Assembly: GCF_000737315.1 (NCBI RefSeq)
Contig: NZ_JMCB01000006.1
Location: 620,001 to 684,000, forward strand
From: Hyalangium minutum
GTDB taxonomy: Bacteria > Myxococcota > Myxococcia > Myxococcales > Myxococcaceae
Length of the DNA stretch: 64,000 bases
Reading direction: 5' to 3'
Under the pieces are notes generated by a model. That model saw only the letters and a list, made by a program, of their open reading frames with translations. It did not search any database and was not told where the DNA came from. Positions 1 to 10,020 of this stretch are shown here, piece after piece. A program made the translations under genes and the position numbers. Numbering within the stretch: the first letter of the stretch is position 1; every line of letters begins with the position of its first letter.

Positions 1-380
1 CCCGCATCGTCATAGCGGCGCAGGTCCGCGCGCTGGACGCCATTGGTCGGCGGCGGGTAGCCAAAGCCTCCTGCGGGGTCGAGGGAGATCTCCCAGGCCG
101 CGGCGGAGGTCAGCTCGTCCGCGCTGGACTCCACCAGCACCACGTGGGACCAGGCGCTGGGCGTCAGGTCATGCCGCACCTGGGACTGCGCCACGCGCAG
201 CCGGAAGGAGATGGGATCGCTCCCGCCGAGCAGCACCAGGAGGGGCCCGCCGCCGCCCTTCTTTCCCCTCCCCTTCAGCGCACGGCCGAGCCAGCCGAGG
301 TTCGTCTGATTGCGTGCGCGCGCCTGGCACACGAGGTTCGGGTTGGGCGCGGTGGCGGGAGAGGAGCGGATGTCGAGCAT
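1..380 (-). CDS. hypothetical protein, truncated by the window edge (possibly permuted papain-like)
   Basis: Hand translation from ATG at 380 reads MLDIRSSPATAPN...LLVLLGGSDPISFRLRVAQSQVRHDLTPSAWSHVVLVE... and is open to position 1. It starts 13 bp past the stop of the PhoD-like gene. Confidence 0.6.
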   Translation of the reverse strand, partial: MLDIRSSPATAPNPNLVCQARARNQTNLGWLGRALKGRGKKGGGGPLLVLLGGSDPISFRLRVAQSQVRHDLTPSAWSHVVLVESSADELTSAAAWEISLDPAGGFGYPPPTNGVQRADLRRYDDA

Positions 381-392
381 GACAGGGACTCG

Positions 393-1832
393 CTAGCGGT
401 GGCGGAGGACGAAGGGAGAAGCGGTGGTGGGCTGCAGGGTGGGGTGCAGCGGGTAGTAGCGCGGCGTCACCTCGAGGCTGTCGCCCCGGCGCCGGAAGGC
501 CAGCACGCACACGTTGTTGCCGCGGTGGCGGTAGAGCGTGTAGCCGAAGAAGGGCGAGCGCGCCCCCTCCAGCTCCACCACGCCCCCCACCAGCGTGGCG
601 TCCGAGTGCCGGGGCCACGGGTTTCGCTTGTCCGCCTGCGCCACGGCAATGGGGTCCCGGACCGGCGTGACAACGAGCGAGGTGGGCGAGCTGATTACCT
701 CGATCATCTGCATCCCGCTGGCGAGCGCGTCCTTCGGAGACAGGCGCAGGATGCGGCCCCAGTGCATGTCGCCGGTGAGGAGCAGCACGTCACTGCCCTC
801 GCGCATCAGCCGGTCCAGCTGTCCCATCAGGAAGCGGAAGTCGGCGTAGTTGTTCATCGTCGAGTCGCCGAACCGGCGGTTGAGCTCTCCTGCCCTGCTC
901 ATGGGCAGCGACTGGCCGGTGGCGAAGACGCCAAACTTGCGCTCGCGGATGCAGCGCGACACCCAGTCCGCCAGCGCGTCGCGGGCCCCGGGCGTCATGG
1001 TGAACTGGAAGTCCGGGTCGCGCCATGAGCGCGCATCCAGGAGGAAGAAGGAGAGCGGATCCACGTCGATCTGCACGGGCGTGCCCACCGGCGTGGGGTC
1101 CACGTGCTGGAACTGCCCGTACAGCATCCGCGCCACATCCGCCCACGCCGCGCGCCCCGCAGCGTTCCAGGTGTTCTGCGACTGGACCGAGGGCATGGGG
1201 AAGTTGTTCCAGTAGTCGTGGTCGTCCGGCACGCACGCATACGGCGCGGCGTGGATCACCTTGGCGTAGGCGCCGTCGTCGAACCAGCTGCGCGCGTAGT
1301 CCTGCTCGAAGTTGCGCGCGAGCGCGGGGCGCGCATCCGGCAGATTCTGCAGCGGAGGCAGATCCAGGTACACCTGATCCCCGAGCAGCAGGAGCATGTC
1401 TGGCGTGACGCCCCGGAGAATGGCGTCCAAGGACTTGCCCGCCATACCTCCCCGGTCCTCGTCCGGGTAGAAGCACGAGGAGAGCAGCAGCTGAAAGCCT
1501 GTCTCCAGCCCCGTGGGCACGGCGCTCGGCACCACTCGCAGGGACGACGTGACAGGAGGTGCACCGTCCACGCTCACGCCCACCCGGAACGCGCGAGCCA
1601 CCTCCCCGGGCACGGAGAACTCATAGAGGCCCGCGAAGATGCGCGGGCTGTCGCCCCCGAGAAATGGGCCCGAGCGCACGCTCTGAATGGGGCGCAGGGC
1701 ACGAGGCTCCGCGGGCTGCCCGTCCAGGCTCCAGCTCAGCGCGGGGGCCGTGGTCCGCTCCCGAGCCCCGAGCCAGACTCGCAAGCGGCCAGCGCCGGCG
1801 GCACACGCATGCAGGACGACGTTGGCGCTCAT
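393..1832 (-). CDS. PhoD-like (alkaline phosphatase D family) metallophosphoesterase
   Basis: Motifs LLSSCFY, LLLGDQVYLD, VPDDHDYWNN, LLTGDMHWG; GAGG RBS upstream; no signal peptide. Confidence 0.8.
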   Translation of the reverse strand: MSANVVLHACAAGAGRLRVWLGARERTTAPALSWSLDGQPAEPRALRPIQSVRSGPFLGGDSPRIFAGLYEFSVPGEVARAFRVGVSVDGAPPVTSSLRVVPSAVPTGLETGFQLLLSSCFYPDEDRGGMAGKSLDAILRGVTPDMLLLLGDQVYLDLPPLQNLPDARPALARNFEQDYARSWFDDGAYAKVIHAAPYACVPDDHDYWNNFPMPSVQSQNTWNAAGRAAWADVARMLYGQFQHVDPTPVGTPVQIDVDPLSFFLLDARSWRDPDFQFTMTPGARDALADWVSRCIRERKFGVFATGQSLPMSRAGELNRRFGDSTMNNYADFRFLMGQLDRLMREGSDVLLLTGDMHWGRILRLSPKDALASGMQMIEVISSPTSLVVTPVRDPIAVAQADKRNPWPRHSDATLVGGVVELEGARSPFFGYTLYRHRGNNVCVLAFRRRGDSLEVTPRYYPLHPTLQPTTASPFVLRHR

Positions 1833-1963
1833 GTCCCCTCGGGGTGATGCGGGACGGACGACCCAGCCTCACCCTCCGAATTAGCACGCCGTTCCGACGC
1901 GGCGATACGCCCCTTCAGGACACGGTCGGCGAGACAACGGTGGAAGTGGGCTATGCTTCGTGC

Positions 1964-3013
1964 ATGGCCGAGAAAAAGAGCGCAGCCCTCGTCAACCACA
2001 TCGCCTTCGTCGTGGACCGCAGCGGCTCCATGCGCAGCATCAAGGCCCAGGTGGTGAAGGTCTTCAACAACCAGCTCAACACCGTCCAGCGCAACGCCGT
2101 GTCCGCCGGGCAGAAGACCTTCCTGAGCACCTTCATGTTCCACTCCACCGTGGACAAGCCGCGCCACTTCGCCACCGCGGTGGAGGACGTGCCCAAGCTC
2201 GCGCTCAATGACTTCAAGCTCGGCGGCTCCACGGCGCTCCTGGACGCGGTGGGCACCGCCATCACCCGGCTTCAGAAGGCCAAGAGCGCCACCAGCAAGA
2301 ACACCAGCTTCCTCGTCATCGTCATCACCGACGGCCACGAGAACGCCTCGCGCTACTACACGAAGAAGCTCAAGGGCCTCATCCAGACGGTGCAGAAGTC
2401 GGGCCGCTGGAGCCTCGCGTTTCTGGTGCCGCCCAGCAGCAGGGGCTCGCTCACGCGCTTCGGCATCCCCAAGGGCAACGTCACCGTCTGGGACGCCAAC
2501 GCCAAGGGCACCAAGGTCATGGACGAGAAGCTCTCCGCGGGCCTCTCCACCTTCTACAAGGCGCGCGCCAGCGGCAAGAAGTCCGTCACGGCGTTCTTCA
2601 CCACGGACATGTCCAAGGTGGACGTGAAGACGCTCTCCGCGCTCAAGGACGTGTCCAAGGGCTTCACCCGGTGGACGGTGGACAAGGAGCGCTCCATCCG
2701 CGACTTCGTGAACACCAAGCTCCAGGCCAGCCCCGCGCTGCGCAAGAAGCTGGGCGACGCCTACGAGACGGGTCGCGGCTTCTACGAGCTGACCAAGCCG
2801 GAGACGGTGCAGCCCAAGAAGAACATCGCCATCCTGGACAAGAAGACGAAGGCCATCTTCGGCGGGGACGAGGCGCGCAAGGTGCTGGGCCTGCCCGCAG
2901 GCTCCAACGTGAAGGTGAAGCCCGGCAACCACCTCAACTACTCCATCTTCGTAGAGAGCACCTCCAACAACCGCAAGCTGGTGCGCGGCACCACCCTGCT
3001 CTACCTACAGTAG
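1964..3013 (+). CDS. von Willebrand factor A (vWA) domain protein, Lys-rich
   Basis: MIDAS motifs VVDRSGSM, GGSTALLDA, VITDGHEN. Start moved from the track's 1559 to ATG 1964 (MAEKKSAA). Confidence 0.85.
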   Translation: MAEKKSAALVNHIAFVVDRSGSMRSIKAQVVKVFNNQLNTVQRNAVSAGQKTFLSTFMFHSTVDKPRHFATAVEDVPKLALNDFKLGGSTALLDAVGTAITRLQKAKSATSKNTSFLVIVITDGHENASRYYTKKLKGLIQTVQKSGRWSLAFLVPPSSRGSLTRFGIPKGNVTVWDANAKGTKVMDEKLSAGLSTFYKARASGKKSVTAFFTTDMSKVDVKTLSALKDVSKGFTRWTVDKERSIRDFVNTKLQASPALRKKLGDAYETGRGFYELTKPETVQPKKNIAILDKKTKAIFGGDEARKVLGLPAGSNVKVKPGNHLNYSIFVESTSNNRKLVRGTTLLYLQ

Positions 3014-3032
3014 TCCGTTGTGCTAAACCCGG
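3012..3032 (+). promoter_or_regulatory. extended -10-like element AGTCCGTTGTGCTAAACCCGG
   Basis: Nearly the same element occurs at 21644-21662; it lies 6 bp before the ATG at 3039. Confidence 0.55.
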
Positions 3033-3038
3033 GCTGCT

Positions 3039-5768
3039 ATGGCCCCTAGTGAAGAGCTGAGCACCACAGACCTGCAGCGTCTGGCGCGCGCCGAGGCGCC
3101 GGAGCTGCCCGAGGCCGTCACCGCTTTCCTGGTCCAGCCGGAGAAGCCCCCCGAGAAGCCGCTGCCCGAGGGGGCCCTCAACTTCCAGGGTCTCAAGAGC
3201 CTGCTGTGGCAGGCGCAGAACCGCCGCGATGCCCAGGGCCGCCGAGCCGCCTCGCAGGAGGCCTGGCAGCGCTTCCTCGCGCAGAAGGACGTGCCGCTGC
3301 CGCCGCGCTTCGCCCTGGCGGATCTGCTCGTCGCCCTCTACGAGCGCAACACCGACGCCAGCCGCTCTGCCCTCTTCCAGCTCGTGCGCTCCGCGGACCT
3401 TCAGTTCGGCCTCTGGGGCGGCCTCAAGCGCATCTACAAGCTCGCCGAGCAGCGCCATGACGCGGAGATGTTCGGCGTGCTCGCCTGGCGCTTCGATATT
3501 GAGCGCCACAGCCCTCGCACCCGCGAAGTGTCGCTCGGCACCATCACCTACCTGCGCCGCCGCGCGTGGCGCTACCTGCGGCACCTGGGCGCCGCCGTCC
3601 CGGAGCTCTACCCCCAGTTCGCCGTCGAGGTGCTGCGCCACTACGCCCCCGACACCCGCTGGCGCGAGACGTGGGTGGCCATGCACATCTGGGCCCACGA
3701 GAGCCACAAGTACAACGCCCAGGCCTTCTCCATCGACGCGCCCTCGGACCTGGTGAAGCACCGCGCGTTCCCGGAGGCGTGGAAGCGCTCGCCGGACGCG
3801 CTCATGCGCCTGCTGGACACCTGCCAGTCCGACGCCGCCGCCCGCTTCGCCATCCAGAGCCTGCGCAAGGACTTCCCCGAGGTGCTGCGCAGCCAGGTGA
3901 CGCCCGCGTGGTTGGAGAGACTCGCGCGGCGGCCGCTCGCCAGCGCCCATGAGTTCCTCGTGGAGACGCTGCAGGGCTCCCCCGAGTTCCACCAGGGCAA
4001 GCTGCGCGGGCTCGGGCTGCACGAGGCCGTGCTCGCCCTGCTCATGTCCCCCAGCCCCAAGGCCCGCACCTACGCCATCGAGTACGCCCGCGCCCACGCG
4101 CAGGACCTGCCCGCCGAGCGGCTCGCCGAGCTCGTCGCCACCGGCACCGCGGACACCGTGGCCTTCGCCGCCGCCGTGCTGGAGAAGCGCAACCCGCGCG
4201 AGCTGGGCGTGGACTTCCTCGGGCGCCTGCTGGCCACCAAGGCCACGAACGCCTTTGCCTCCAAGGCGCTGGAGCAGTCCTTCGACCGCGCCGACCTGCC
4301 CCACCGCTTCCTCGTGGACATGTTCTACGGAAGCAACGAGCAGCTCGCGTGGGTGAAGGGCTACATCGACTCGAAGTACGCCGCCGCCGAGCTGCCCGCA
4401 TCCTTTTATAAGGAGCTGCTCGCGGACCCGCGCCACAGCAAGTTCCCCCACTACAACACCAGCCCCGTGGAGCAGTACGCCCTCAAGGCGCTGGGCGCGT
4501 ACTCACCCGCCGCCATCGGCGCGGACTGGCTGCTGGACACCGCCATCCACCCCCAACTGGGCACCACGGTGCAGAAGTGGCTCATGCGCGCCGACGCGCT
4601 GCCCGGCCTGGACGTGGAGCGGGTGAAGGGGCTTGTCTTCAACGCCAAGTACCGCGAGGTGGCCCTGGCGCTGCTGGGCAACCGCAAGCTCTTCACCGCG
4701 CGCCAGCTCACCGTGCCCTGGCTGCTGGCCCTGGCCCGGCGCGCCGACCCGGCGCTGCACGAGTTCGCCCACCGCTACCTGCTGGAGAACCTCTCGCCCG
4801 CGGACTTCAGCGAGTCCGGGGACGCCACCGCGGGCCTGGAGCGCCTCTTCGAGCTGGCCCTGGGCGCCAAGCAGCCCGTGCCCGTGCGCCAGTTCGCGCA
4901 GACGTACCTGCGCTGCCACCACCCCGTCATCGGTCCGGAGCAGCCGGAGTCCAAGTCCTACCAGCTCAAGCCCAAGGCCCCACGCAAGGCGTACACCGCC
5001 GAGCGCCTGTGGCCCGCCCTCTTCGACGCGCGCGATGACGTGCGCCGCTTCGCCCTGGCCATCACCCGCGCGGAGCTGCGCACCTGGGGCTACCACCTCC
5101 GCGTCTACGAGCTGGCCGAGGCGGACGCCAAGGAGGTCCGCAACTTCGCCTATGACGCGCTGCTCAACGCCGGCGAGGCGGGCGCGGACGAGCGCAGCAC
5201 GCTCAAGCCCGAGGAGCTGGATGCGGTGAAGGTCTTCACGCTCACCGAGAGCACCAAGCGCAGCACCCGCGAGGTGGCGGTGGAGCTGATCCGCCGACAC
5301 TACGCGCGGCTGGGCGGCGCCGAGCGGCTGGCCTGGCTCATGGAGAGCGCGGACCGCGAGGTGGGCCTGTTCGCCGTGCGCCTGCTCTGGGAGAAGCACC
5401 GCCCCTCCCACCTGCCCGAGGGCTGGAAGCCCTCCGGCGCCACCGAGGCCCCCGCCCTGGGTGGCACCGAGCGCTTCGCCAACGTGGACGCCTTGCGCAC
5501 CTTCGTCCGCCGCATGCTCTTCGGCCTGCCGCCGGGCCGCTCCAAGGAAGGCCGCGAGGGCATGGTGCAGCGGCGCCTGTCCGCCAGCACCGCCAAGCGC
5601 CGGATCGTTGAGCTCATACGAGATCTCGGCCTGGAGGATCAGGCCTTCGCGCGCGTGGTGGCACCGGTGCTCCAGGAGTTCACCGGCTCGCTGGCCAAGG
5701 GCGAGTGGCAGAGCTGCCTGGCCTCGCTCGTGCAACTGCGCGCGGCGCACCCCGGCCTCTCCTTATAA
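3039..5768 (+). CDS. ARM/HEAT-like helical repeat protein (909 aa), candidate type XIII retron-associated component
   Basis: Helical Ala/Leu/Arg-rich protein with KRIYKLAE..DAEMFGVLAWRFD and TITYLRRRAWRYLRHLG segments, which I recall from WGR/HEAT proteins of SWIM-containing loci. Confidence 0.7.
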   Translation: MAPSEELSTTDLQRLARAEAPELPEAVTAFLVQPEKPPEKPLPEGALNFQGLKSLLWQAQNRRDAQGRRAASQEAWQRFLAQKDVPLPPRFALADLLVALYERNTDASRSALFQLVRSADLQFGLWGGLKRIYKLAEQRHDAEMFGVLAWRFDIERHSPRTREVSLGTITYLRRRAWRYLRHLGAAVPELYPQFAVEVLRHYAPDTRWRETWVAMHIWAHESHKYNAQAFSIDAPSDLVKHRAFPEAWKRSPDALMRLLDTCQSDAAARFAIQSLRKDFPEVLRSQVTPAWLERLARRPLASAHEFLVETLQGSPEFHQGKLRGLGLHEAVLALLMSPSPKARTYAIEYARAHAQDLPAERLAELVATGTADTVAFAAAVLEKRNPRELGVDFLGRLLATKATNAFASKALEQSFDRADLPHRFLVDMFYGSNEQLAWVKGYIDSKYAAAELPASFYKELLADPRHSKFPHYNTSPVEQYALKALGAYSPAAIGADWLLDTAIHPQLGTTVQKWLMRADALPGLDVERVKGLVFNAKYREVALALLGNRKLFTARQLTVPWLLALARRADPALHEFAHRYLLENLSPADFSESGDATAGLERLFELALGAKQPVPVRQFAQTYLRCHHPVIGPEQPESKSYQLKPKAPRKAYTAERLWPALFDARDDVRRFALAITRAELRTWGYHLRVYELAEADAKEVRNFAYDALLNAGEAGADERSTLKPEELDAVKVFTLTESTKRSTREVAVELIRRHYARLGGAERLAWLMESADREVGLFAVRLLWEKHRPSHLPEGWKPSGATEAPALGGTERFANVDALRTFVRRMLFGLPPGRSKEGREGMVQRRLSASTAKRRIVELIRDLGLEDQAFARVVAPVLQEFTGSLAKGEWQSCLASLVQLRAAHPGLSL

Positions 5769-5851
5769 AGGAGAACCCGAAGCCGGATCAGATCCGTGTC
5801 GCAGCTATCTGCGCGCGGCGGACCCCGCGTACAATGGGGATCCGTCACGTC

Positions 5852-8800
5852 ATGTGCCGCGCCATTGGAAGCCACCGCAGGGAGCCCCCCTCTCCCCTTG
5901 CCCCCGTCCGTGCCTGGAGCCGCCTGCTCGCGGCCGGCCTGCTCGGGGCGCTGATCGCGGCGGCTCCCAGCGCCTGGGCCCTGGAGCCCAGCAAGGCCCT
6001 CAACCAGTTCCCCCAGAAAGTCTGGCAGGCCGAGAACGGGCTCCCGCAGAACACCACCCTGGCGCTCGCGCAGACGCCCGAGGGCTACCTCTGGGTGGGC
6101 ACCTACGAGGGGCTCGCGCGCTTCGATGGCGTGCGCTTCTCCGTCTTCGACCCCATGAACACCCCGGCGCTGCTGGACCGCGCCATCACCGCGCTCGCCG
6201 TGGACCAGAGCGGGACGCTGTGGATCAACACCAACCAGGGGCTGGCCGGCATGCGCGCGGGGACCTTCTTCCCCATGCCCTTGCCCACCAGCATCACCCC
6301 GCGCGAGGTGTACCGGCTGCTCGCGGCCCAGGACGGCAGCCTGTGGATCGCCACCCTCGGCAGCGGACTCGCGCGGCTGTCCACGGGCACCCGCGTCCAG
6401 GTCTGGAAGACCGAGCAGGGGCTCGCCCACAACCGGGTGCTGGCGCTCGCCGAGGACGCGCGCGGTGGCCTCTGGGTGGCCTCGCCCCTGGGCCTGCAGC
6501 GCTTTGACGGGCGGGCGTTCCAGCCGGGGCCTCCTCTCGAGGACGGCGCCACGCCGCTGCTGTCGGCGCTGACGGTGGACGCGCAGGGCGTCCTCTGGGC
6601 GGGAGACGAGGGCGGCACCGTGTACCAGCTCCGGGACGGGATGATGCGGCCCGTGCTCGATGCGAGCCTGCAGGGCAGCCCCATCTCCGTGCTGCTCACG
6701 GACCGGCGGGGCGCACTCTGGATCGCCAGCAAGGGCCGGGGCCTGGTGCGCCTGGTGAATGGCGAGCGCTCCTTCATGAGCCCCACCAACGGCCTGGAGC
6801 GCGGATCCATCTTCTCCATGCTGGAGGACATCGAGGGCAACCTCTGGCTGGGCATGGGCGCCAACGGGCTGCACCGCCTCAAGGAGGCGTCCTTCACCAC
6901 GTACGGAACCCCCGAGGGGCTGGGGCACGACATGGTGAGCGCCGTGCGCGAGGCCCGGGACGGTAGCCTCTGGTTCAGCACCCTGGGCGGCGGCATCACC
7001 CAGATGAAGGACGGGGTGACGAGGACCTGGACGACGCACGAGGGGCTCGCCGACAACTTCGTCTTCGGCAGCGCCGAGGGCCGCGACGGCGCCCTCTGGT
7101 TCGTCACGCGCGGAGGCATCGTCCGCTTCCAGGACGGCGCCTTCTCTCCCCCGCTCGAGCAGGAGCCGTCCGCGCGGCTCTCCATGGGCTACGCCATCCT
7201 CGAGGACGAGCACGGAACCCTCTGGACCGGCACCCGCGAGGGGCTCGCCCGGTGGGATGGAAAGCACCTGGCGCTCGTCGCGCAGGGGGACAAGGTGCTC
7301 AACGGCTTCATCCGCGTGCTGAAGCCGCGGGCCGCGGGCGGGTTCTGGATCGGCACTCATGGCGGCGGGCTGGCGTCGTACGTCGAGGGCCGTGTCACCC
7401 CCCTGTCCACCTACGGCCATCCTCTCACCGGCGATGTCCGCGGCATCCTCGAGGACGGCGGGACGCTGTGGGTCGGCACCACCAACGGCCTCTACCGCTG
7501 GAAGAATGGACGCTTCACCCGCCTGGACCGCGACCAGGGCCTCTTCGATGACGTCGTCTTCGCGATCCTCCCCGATGGGAAGGGCTCCCTGTGGATGACG
7601 TGCAACAAGGGCATCTTCCGCGTCTCCCAGCAGGAGCTGGAGGCCGTCGCGGACGGGAAGCTCGCGCGCGTCACCTCCCAGGCCTATGGCAAGGAGGACG
7701 GGATGCGCTCCCAGGAGTGCAACGCCCTGGGAGGCCCCTCCGGCATCCGCGCTCGGGATGGGCGGCTGTGGTTCCCCACCATCCGGGGTGCTGTGGCGTA
7801 CGATCCGAACAGGGTGGATGTCTCCGAGCTGGAGGCTCCCACGCTCATCGAGGAGCTCTGGGTGGACAAGCGCCTCGTGCCTCCGTCTCAGTGGAGCCAC
7901 CTCCCCCCCGGCGAGGGCCGGGTGGACATCGTCTACACCCGCGTGGACCTGGACGCCCCGGAGCGGATGCGCTTCCGCTACCGGCTCGAGGGCGTGGACA
8001 AGGACTGGGTCGAGGCCGGCTCGGGGCGAACCGCCTACTACACGCGCTTGCCTCCGGGAGACCACCGGTTCATCGTCGAGGCGAGCTCCACCGAGAACAA
8101 CGTCACCACCGCCAGTGCCGAGCTGCTGTTCCACATGGAGCCCCGCTTCTTCGAGACGAAGCTCTTCCTCGTGGGGTGCATCCTGGGCGGAGGGCTGCTC
8201 GTGGCGGGCGGCGTGTGGCTGCGCCTGCGCCGCTCGCAGGAGCGCGAGCGCAAGCTGCAGGTCCGCGTGGACGAACGCACCGCCGAGCTGGCCATGCGCC
8301 TGGAGCAGCTGGAGACGGCCCGCGAGCGGCTCGCCCACGCGGAGAAGCTGGCCGCCATGGGCACGCTCGCCGCAGGCGTGGGCCATGAAATCAACAACCC
8401 GCTGGCGTACATCCTCTCCAACCTGCGCTTCCTCACCGCCGAGCTGCGCGACTTCACCAAGCGCGAGGAGGAGCTGGAGCGCTGGAAGGAAGTCGAGGAC
8501 GCGCTCGCCGACGCGCTCCAGGGCGCCGAGCGGGTGCGGAAGATCGTCCACGCGCTCCGGACGCTGGCCCGCGTGCAGGTGGACCCGCCCAAGAAGCTGG
8601 ACCTGCACGCAACGATTGATCACGCGCTCGAGGTGCTGGACCCCGCGCTGCGCCAGCGCGCCCGCATCGTGAAGGAGTACGGCCCGCCGCAGGCCGTGCT
8701 GGGCGACGAGACGCGCCTGAGCCAGGTCTTCTTCCACCTCATCGCCAACGCCATCCAAGCCATCCCGGCGAAGCACCCCGAGCGCAACGACATCCACCTC

Positions 8801-9079
8801 GTCACCCGCAGGGCCGAGGACGGGCGCGCCATCATCGAGGTGCGGGACAGAGGCCAAGGCATCGCCCCCGAGCACCTCTCGCGCATCTTCGATCCCTTCT
8901 TCACCACCAAGGAGGTGGGAGAAGGCACGGGGCTCGGCCTCTCCATCTGCCACTCGACCGTCGAGGCCATGAACGGAGAGCTGCAGGTGGAGAGCGAGCT
9001 GGACCAGGGCTCCACGTTCCGGATCCTCCTGCCGCCCCTCCAGGAGGCCCCGCCCGCAGTCACGGCCACGACGCTCTGA
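5852..9079 (+). CDS. sensor histidine kinase with periplasmic Reg_prop beta-propellers, Y_Y_Y domain, HisKA and HATPase_c
   Basis: Repeated D..G.LW.GT units; TM helix; H-box GVGHEINNPL; G-boxes DRGQGI, FFTTK, GTGLGL. Start uncertain (5834 or 5852). Confidence 0.92.
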   Translation: MCRAIGSHRREPPSPLAPVRAWSRLLAAGLLGALIAAAPSAWALEPSKALNQFPQKVWQAENGLPQNTTLALAQTPEGYLWVGTYEGLARFDGVRFSVFDPMNTPALLDRAITALAVDQSGTLWINTNQGLAGMRAGTFFPMPLPTSITPREVYRLLAAQDGSLWIATLGSGLARLSTGTRVQVWKTEQGLAHNRVLALAEDARGGLWVASPLGLQRFDGRAFQPGPPLEDGATPLLSALTVDAQGVLWAGDEGGTVYQLRDGMMRPVLDASLQGSPISVLLTDRRGALWIASKGRGLVRLVNGERSFMSPTNGLERGSIFSMLEDIEGNLWLGMGANGLHRLKEASFTTYGTPEGLGHDMVSAVREARDGSLWFSTLGGGITQMKDGVTRTWTTHEGLADNFVFGSAEGRDGALWFVTRGGIVRFQDGAFSPPLEQEPSARLSMGYAILEDEHGTLWTGTREGLARWDGKHLALVAQGDKVLNGFIRVLKPRAAGGFWIGTHGGGLASYVEGRVTPLSTYGHPLTGDVRGILEDGGTLWVGTTNGLYRWKNGRFTRLDRDQGLFDDVVFAILPDGKGSLWMTCNKGIFRVSQQELEAVADGKLARVTSQAYGKEDGMRSQECNALGGPSGIRARDGRLWFPTIRGAVAYDPNRVDVSELEAPTLIEELWVDKRLVPPSQWSHLPPGEGRVDIVYTRVDLDAPERMRFRYRLEGVDKDWVEAGSGRTAYYTRLPPGDHRFIVEASSTENNVTTASAELLFHMEPRFFETKLFLVGCILGGGLLVAGGVWLRLRRSQERERKLQVRVDERTAELAMRLEQLETARERLAHAEKLAAMGTLAAGVGHEINNPLAYILSNLRFLTAELRDFTKREEELERWKEVEDALADALQGAERVRKIVHALRTLARVQVDPPKKLDLHATIDHALEVLDPALRQRARIVKEYGPPQAVLGDETRLSQVFFHLIANAIQAIPAKHPERNDIHLVTRRAEDGRAIIEVRDRGQGIAPEHLSRIFDPFFTTKEVGEGTGLGLSICHSTVEAMNGELQVESELDQGSTFRILLPPLQEAPPAVTATTL

Positions 9080-9145
9080 CAGGCCCACTGGAAATTTACT
9101 GAGTGTCCTGATAAAGCCGGAATTCTCCTTTTACCAGGAAACGGC

Positions 9146-9997
9146 ATGAACACTCCCTCGAGAGGCAATTCCCTGAAGTGGCTGCTCCTTGTGGCGCTGG
9201 CGGCGGGCTGTGGTGGCTCCGAGCCGTCGGTGGAGGTGGTGGAGCTGAAGGGAGTGGATGAGTCAGTAGGCACGAGCGAGAGCGCGCTGACGGGCTGTCT
9301 CGCCTACAACACCACGCTGCAGGTAACGGCCTCGAGCCTGAACCTGCGCAGCGGCCCGTCCACGAGCTACTCCATCGTCGCGGCGATGCCGAACGGTGCC
9401 CTCATCCCCACCCTGGACAACCCGAGCTGCGACAGCGGCGGCTGGTACCGGGTGTCCTATAGCGGCGTGACGGGCTGGGCCTCGGGCTCGTACCTGGTGG
9501 TGTACTCGGCGCCGTCGGGGACGCGCGACGCGGCCATCACCCGCGCGGCGAGCGGCACGTCGGGCGCCGTGGGCGGCGTGGGCTTCTCGTACTGGTGGGG
9601 CCACGGCGTGTGGAAGGCGGCCCAGGCGACGGGCTCGTGCACGGGCAACTGCGGCGCCTGCACGCACAGCGGCAGCTACGGCGCGGACTGCTCGGGCTTC
9701 TTGGCCAAGGTGTGGCAGGTGCCGAGCACCAACACCAACGTCTCCGTGGACTCGCACCCCTACGGCACCGTCCACTTCAACGTGGACTCCAGCCAGTGGT
9801 ACACGATTGACCGGGGCGCCATGCAGAAGGCGGACGCGATGGTCTACAACCTCGACGGCGCGGGCCACACCTTCGTCTACGAGTCCGGTGACGGCTGGGG
9901 CAGCATGGTCGTCCACGAGTGCAAGGGCTGCGCATACGGCTGCGTGAAGAACTCGCGCACCGCGACCACCTCGTATCACGGCATCCGCCACTTCTAA
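9146..9997 (+). CDS. lipoprotein with SH3b domain and NlpC/P60-like (C40) peptidase domain
   Basis: Lipobox LAAGC; LNLRSGPSTSY...GWASGSYL (SH3b); YWWG...DCSG...H (NlpC/P60). Confidence 0.75.
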   Translation: MNTPSRGNSLKWLLLVALAAGCGGSEPSVEVVELKGVDESVGTSESALTGCLAYNTTLQVTASSLNLRSGPSTSYSIVAAMPNGALIPTLDNPSCDSGGWYRVSYSGVTGWASGSYLVVYSAPSGTRDAAITRAASGTSGAVGGVGFSYWWGHGVWKAAQATGSCTGNCGACTHSGSYGADCSGFLAKVWQVPSTNTNVSVDSHPYGTVHFNVDSSQWYTIDRGAMQKADAMVYNLDGAGHTFVYESGDGWGSMVVHECKGCAYGCVKNSRTATTSYHGIRHF

Positions 9998-10020
9998 GCC
10001 GGTGCGCTCCGGCTGCGGGC

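Noticed and set aside
5639-9088. Long antisense and alternate-frame ORFs (e.g. 5639-9088, 22005-24350, 36004-39045, 48686-51835)
   Set aside because: They shadow clearly recognisable genes and are expected in high-GC DNA with strong third-position bias.
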